64,000 nucleotides of DNA from Octopus sinensis. Lineage: Eukaryota. The DNA is taken from NCBI RefSeq assembly GCF_006345805.1, contig NC_043022.1, positions 1,116,001-1,180,000 of the forward strand, read 5' to 3'. The notes beneath the pieces are model-generated. The model was not told the origin of the DNA. It worked only from the letters and a program-made list of their open reading frames with translations, and did not search any database. Positions within the stretch are counted from its first letter, which is position 1. Every line of letters starts with the position of its first letter. The translations under genes and the position numbers were made by a program. Below are positions 58,239 to 64,000 of the stretch, piece by piece.

Positions 58239-60390
58239 ATGGCCACTGGCCACCACGAGGCTGAGGTGCAAGTCAAGCGTGACGCAGAAACAGAAAAACA
58301 GGATGCTCTGTTAGCATACGCCGAACCTGACAACTCCACCACCACCAACAGCAACAAATACAAAACAAAGGTCGCAAGGCCAAGCACCGTCAACACCATC
58401 AGTGAGTCCACCACCACCACCAACACCATGGCAGAATCTGCTACTAAAACTGCTATCCCTACTAAAGATATCGCCACCAATAACAATACCACCATCACCG
58501 CCACCAAAGACCGTGCCGTCAATGCTACTAATACTACTAACACCACCGCCGTCACCAAGAACGACAATAACAACAACAACAAAACAACAACGACGACAAC
58601 AACAATTCCCTTCAACCACTGCTCACTCCATCACCAACAAGTGAAAAAATAACGACGACAAGCAAACGAAATGTCGAAATTTGCCCTAGTGCAGGACTAA
58701 AGTACGCAGGCAATTTTCCACCCCTTCCTACTTGCACAATCGAACCAAACACACCAATTTTACAAACTGCAGCCAACAACAACATCACCACAAGCAACAA
58801 CAATAACAAAACAACAACAAATTTCGCTGAGGTGATAAAAGAAAAAAAACAACTATATTTTACGGCTCAACAAATACAGGACACGAACATTAAAATAACA
58901 GAATCAGAAGGTATAGTAAAAATAAACATACCAGAAGACATTTTGGAAAATGAAAAAAGACGAACAATCATTTATAAAATAGTTAACAAAAAAACAAAAA
59001 TCCCAGAGAAGGCCAACACAAGCAAAATAGAGAAGTGCTTGAAACCCATCTGGGATCACAAAGAATATGTAACCTGGTGGAACAAATTTGCCCACATACA
59101 AGTTGTTTTCTACACCGAAGAGTTAGCTAGACATTTCTCAACGCTAACTCTTCACTCAGATGAACTCCAACTTACACCAAGCTATCGGGGACAGAAAGTG
59201 ACTAAGATCACTCTAAACAATGTCCCCAAAATAGCCAATAGTCTATGGCTTGTAAAGGCCTTATGCGTAAAAATGGCGAATTATACTATTTTGGAAACCA
59301 CAGTCACAGAGCATAAAAACTGGGTGGGAAAAAAAGTAAAATTTCTTCTACATATACATCATGAAGATATTAAAAAAATACCCACCCAGATATGTGTATC
59401 AGACGACCACAAGTTATATGTGGTCGTCGATGGCAGAAGACCACGTTGCTACATATGCGGCAGTGAGCAACACCTCAAAAAAGACTGCAAATCTGCCGCA
59501 AGAAAACAACAGCAACAACAACAGCAGCCAGAAACAAAAAAAATAAACAAGGTTACTACCCACACCACTTTTTGCAGGAACAAACCTCACCAAACAAACA
59601 ACCACACCAACTGCAGCACCAAGAACAGAAGCAGCATCACCAACAACAAACACCAAGAATATACCAACTCCCAAACCAAGGACATCTGCCAAAAAGACAC
59701 CCAGCAAAAATGAAGAAACAATTACAACTCCAATCCCCACAAAATTGAGACCCTAAACAACACAACAATACCCACAATCACTCAAACACAAAATACCCAA
59801 ACCCCACATCCAAAACCGCATACACCACAACCAAACGCTCACCAACCAACACCAACAACAAAACCAACACAGTCGACAATAGACCCCAATACTTTCCCTC
59901 TTCCAGACTCCGATTCGTCTGATCTGTCATTAGACGAAGAAGACACGGAAGATTGGCAAATAGCCACAGGGGGGAGAAGAAAAAGGGGAAAAAAAAGAAA
60001 AGAAAAAATAACAAACAAAGCGGGAAGATACACACTCCCGAAACAAAAAACATCCACAGAAAACACACACATCAACACAAACACACCATCATCAAACCCC
60101 CCAAAAATGTTGACAGCCATAAACACAAACAACCACGACCTAATGGAACACATTAGGTCAAACACTAACATTACTGAAAACGACATAAAAACAAGTAACA
60201 CCCACCACACACAACACCACCACAACACATTAAAATAATACACGTGACACAGAACACATACAGCACCCTGAAATCTCTTTACCCTGATGCAGTAGGGAGA
60301 TTTCAAAAGTACTCATCGAAAAAACTGTATAAAAGCCTCATAGAAGAAGACCGTGAGGTGAAAGACAAAGAACTTTCGAAAAACAAGTAA
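58239..60390 (+). CDS. Tx1 ORF1 (gag-like nucleic-acid-binding protein), frameshifted in this sequence
   Basis: ATG at 58239, T/N-rich N-terminus, CYICGSEQHLKKDC zinc knuckle, acidic DSDSSDLSLDEEDTEDW followed by basic RRKRGKKRK, stop at 60388-60390. At least four frame changes. Confidence 0.7.
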
Positions 60391-60432
60391 CCTTTTCTCT
60401 CTCCTTTTCCTTTTTTGCACTTTTATCGGAAC

Positions 60433-63400
60433 ATGCTCAGAATAGGTAGTATAAATGTACGTGGCTTGGGGTCGCCTTGGAAACAAGGCTACCTGTTAAA
60501 TGACATCAAGTCACTAAATCTGAATATCATAGCCATCAGTGAGACCAGACTCCACAGCTTGCGGGCACTCCAGCACATTTTCGGTACACATTTCAACATT
60601 TATTTTTCTCCGTGTCTACCGAGAATGGGCGGGGGTGGCACCGCGGTGCTTATCCGGAAGAGTCTGGATCTCAAAGTAAGAGCAAATTTCCTAGACCCGG
60701 AGGGTAGGCTGGTCGTTTTAGATGTCGATGGCAGCAATGAGTGTGCTTTTCGACTGATAGCAGTTATGCTCCGTCCTTAACAGGCCGACCAGATTTCTTT
60801 CGACGTCTAGAGTCTTTCATGGGAACGTCTCGTCCTTTACTTTTAGTGGGGGATTGGAATGCCACCCTGGACACGCATCTAGACTACGTGGGCAGAGATA
60901 GCAATAGAAGGGGATGCAAATGCCTCAAAGACCTGCTCAGACGTTTCCAACTGTCTGACAGGTACCGACTGGACCACCCGAATGTGCCAATGTGGACATG
61001 GAGTAACCGCATCGGGTCGTCCAGATCATACTTAGATAGAGTTTTCTGTAGGACAATAGATAAAAATAGTGTAGGTTGTCCACAATTTCATATAGTCAGT
61101 TACACAGATCACAAGTTTGTGACTTGTACACTTGACTTAGATAAGACACATAGGCAGGGTCCTGGTTACTGGAAACTGAACGCGTCTTTTACAGCACGAC
61201 AGGTTTACAGGGACCGGATCAGCACATTAGTTAAGAGAGCTTTGACGGGTACCATCATCAACAACAGATGGTGGTATGCCCTAAAAAAAGCGATTAAAGC
61301 AGAATCAGTCAGATACAGTAGAGCCCTAGCATTAGACCGAAATAGAATAGAGGGAGATTTAGTTAAGGTTTTAGAAGAGGCACTTAGAACTGGCATCGCG
61401 TCCAACGTACTGGCGGCGAGATTGGCCCTCGACCAACACCTCAATGCCAAACACGAAGGATGCGTTGTCAGAGCTAGGATGCGTGCTCTGAGGAACGAAG
61501 GAGTTGGAGCCGCCCAAGAGGCCCGAGTGGTGGAGACGCAACGAGGCAACAGAGCCACCATCAAGTCTCTTATAGATGAACAGGGGCGCGAATTGCTCGA
61601 GCCTAAAAGGATGTGTGGGGTTTTTCAACAACACTTCACCCAACTGTTTGGGACAAGTGGTGAGTCAGAAAGCAGAGTGGACTTTAGTGCCTACCTGCAT
61701 GCCTTGCCACGACTCTCAGCAAGGGAGGTGGAGTCTTGTGAAAAGCCTATCACAGCTGCGGACGTACAGGATGCGATGGTAGGCTGCGCGAGAGACAAGT
61801 CACCAGGCTTGGATGGTCTGCCCTACGAATTTTATTTTCATATGCCAGACTTGTTTGGAGGCGTCTTGGCAGCTGTCTACTGCAACTGGCAGCAGAACGG
61901 GAGTATTCCTGCTTTTGTAAAGCGAGGAGTAGTGGCACTGATCAAGAAAGACCCAAACAAGGGGGACGTCATAGATAATTTCAGGCCCATCACTCTGCTC
62001 AACGCAGATTTGAAATTTTGGCCAAGGTGTTAGCCGAGAGGTTGGCGCTTGTCATCAAGAAACTAATCGACAAGGCGCAAACATGCGCCATGCCGGGTAG
62101 AAGTATTCATGACAACCTCCATCTGATGCGCTACATCATAGACAGGGTAGTTAAAAATCCTGGCATGGGTGGGGCGCTGATCAATTTGGATCAATCAAAA
62201 GCCTTCGATAGGGTAGACCATCACTACTTGGAGGCTGTCCTCAAAGCGGCTGGTTTCAGTCCAGTTTTCCGTGGTTGGATCGCTGCCTTATACAGCGGCA
62301 TCCGCTCAGTAGTTCGCGTAAATGGTCATCTATCCAGACCTTTTAACATCATGCGTTCGGTTCGTCAGGGATGCCCCCTCTCATCGCTGCTGTATGTACT
62401 GACTCTTGAGCCACTACTGCAGAAACTGGCGACGCTGAGGGGCATCCCACGAGAGCTGGGATGTGGGAAGAGCGTGTCTGCATACGCGGATGACGTCACC
62501 GTCATAGTGTCGAGCTACGAGCACATCGAGCTGGTCGGCAAGACACTGAAAGAATACGAAGCGGTAACGGGAGCAAAAATTAACCGGGAAAAGTCAGTGG
62601 GCTTGCGGCTCGGCACCTGGAGAAGCAAGCCCATGCCGTCCAACAGCGTCTCCATCGTGGGACGCTGGACGGACGGACCGGTTAAATTGCTCGGGGTCTG
62701 GTTCGGTCCGGACCTCCAAATGGAGAAGAACTGGGGCGAGATAACGACTAGGGTGGCTACTCTCACCAGAAATGGACTGAGAGAAAGCTATCCCTAAAAG
62801 GTCGGGCGGAGGTGGCGAACGCGTACATCGCATCCGTCATCGAGTATCGTCTGACCGTTGTGCCTTGTCCCGACCCTACCATCACCAAACTGGAACGCAT
62901 ACTCTTCCGCTTCTTGTGGAAGGGAAACGTTCCGATGGTTAGGCGATCCATTTGCTGCCAACACCCGCTAAATGGAGGGCTGGGCATGCCGTGGTTGATG
63001 ATGCGCAGACATGCGCTGAGACTGCGACATCTCCGGCGCTTCATAGACAACGGTGAACAGGGGTGGTCGCCTTTTGTGCAGCGCGCTTTCCCGCAGCTCG
63101 TCTCCTTGGACGAACTACAGTCATGGATCAAGCAGAGACCGAGGCTAGGCGAATGGCACCGCGAGTGTCGCGTTGCCCTCAAGCAACTCTGCCGTCCGGG
63201 ATCGAACTTGTGCGACTCCATCACAACAAAGGCATTCTATAGAGGATTAGTGGAGGGGAGGTGCGAGGACGAACTCGGGCAGAGTCTGGGCGTCGACGAG
63301 GAACACCTGACCCGCCTGTTCAGGACAACTTTCGGGCCGGGACCTATGAACAATCACCAAAGATCCCTGGCCTGGCAGTGCTATCAAGAAGCATTACCTG

Positions 63401-63863
63401 TTCGGGATAAGCTCTACAGACACGGTTCCAGACACACTGGACCGACTTGCCCGAGATGCGGTCAGAGCGACGAAACCGTTCTGCACGCACTCGTGCAATG
63501 TCCAACCATTTCCGACCTGTGGGCTTATGCCGAACGGTTGCGGTCACGTGTGGGACGAATCCGCCTATCGGCCGAGTCTATCGTGAGAATTGCTCCGCCC
63601 ACTTCCCTCAACCGGGAAGGCAAGGCAGTATTCATCGTACTGGTGGCCATGGTGAAAGAATGTATGTGGTGGACTCGAGCGAAAGGATTAGAGACAAACA
63701 CCTCTCTGGCCAATCGCTCATCAACTTTTTCAAGTACCACTTGAAAAGGAAGGTGAGAATGGAGAGGGAAGTTTTGTCTCGCGAAAGATTCAAAAAAAGA
63801 TGGGTGAATGTTGCAAAGATGGTGCGTGCTAGTAACGAAACCATTTTGAGCATGATCCTGTAG
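60433..63863 (+). CDS. Tx1 ORF2 polyprotein (APE endonuclease, reverse transcriptase, zinc finger), four -1 frameshifts
   Basis: MLRIGSINVRGL, LLVGDWNATLD, SYLDRVF, YTDHKFV, KSPGLDGLPYEFY, NFRPITLLNAD, LDQSKAFDRVDH, VRQGCPLS, AYADD, CPRCGQSDETVLHALVQC. About 1145 codons when repaired. Confidence 0.9.
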
Positions 63864-64000
63864 ATCGTAAAAAAGAAAGAAGAAGAGAGCATTTTGATCT
63901 CATGTGTTTATTTCCTCCCTGACTGGGGTTCCCGTGGTCTTTTCTGTAGGCTTTTCTTCCCACGGATGAACCCAATCTTGTTATATCAATGTTTACATCA

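Larger units (their letters stand above)
58016..64000 (+). mobile_element. Near-full-length L1/Tx1-clade non-LTR retrotransposon (3' end beyond window)
   Basis: 5' UTR, ORF1 with CCHC knuckle, ORF2 with APE endonuclease + RT + C-terminal CCHC, and start of 3' UTR. The 5' boundary is approximate. Confidence 0.92.

Noticed and set aside
58010-60306. Minus-strand V/L-rich ORFs (58010-58615, 59414-59740, 59839-60306)
   Set aside because: Antisense shadows of the A/C-rich ORF1.

Overview
AT-rich, repeat-saturated eukaryotic DNA, most likely an intergenic or intronic stretch of a cephalopod (octopus-like) genome. The organism is inferred from the SINE, LINE and microsatellite landscape only. No host protein-coding gene is supported, and almost all ORFs in the supplied track are microsatellite or SINE artefacts. 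Contents: about 20 copies of one tRNA-derived SINE (SINE-A), a second SINE family with exchangeable 3' tails (SINE-B), and RTE, CR1, Penelope, Gypsy, Tc1 and mariner relics. There are also several MITEs with clean TSDs, two Helitron-type elements, and a probably full-length L1/Tx1-clade LINE (58016 to window end). Family labels SINE-A/B/C/D are my own. Three themes stand out. (1) At least nine hammerhead-ribozyme-like motifs from several families, including a 229-bp inverted-repeat-bounded retrozyme-like element and one motif with scrambled strand order. (2) A Tx1 LINE module that stacks head-to-tail in (CTAT)n tracts and shares its 3' end with SINE-B1, which in turn forms multimers at one fixed site in its own tRNA-like head. 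(3) The Tx1 ORF2 is broken only by four -1 shifts and may be intact in vivo. All alignments and folds were done by eye, and boundaries without a TSD are approximate.
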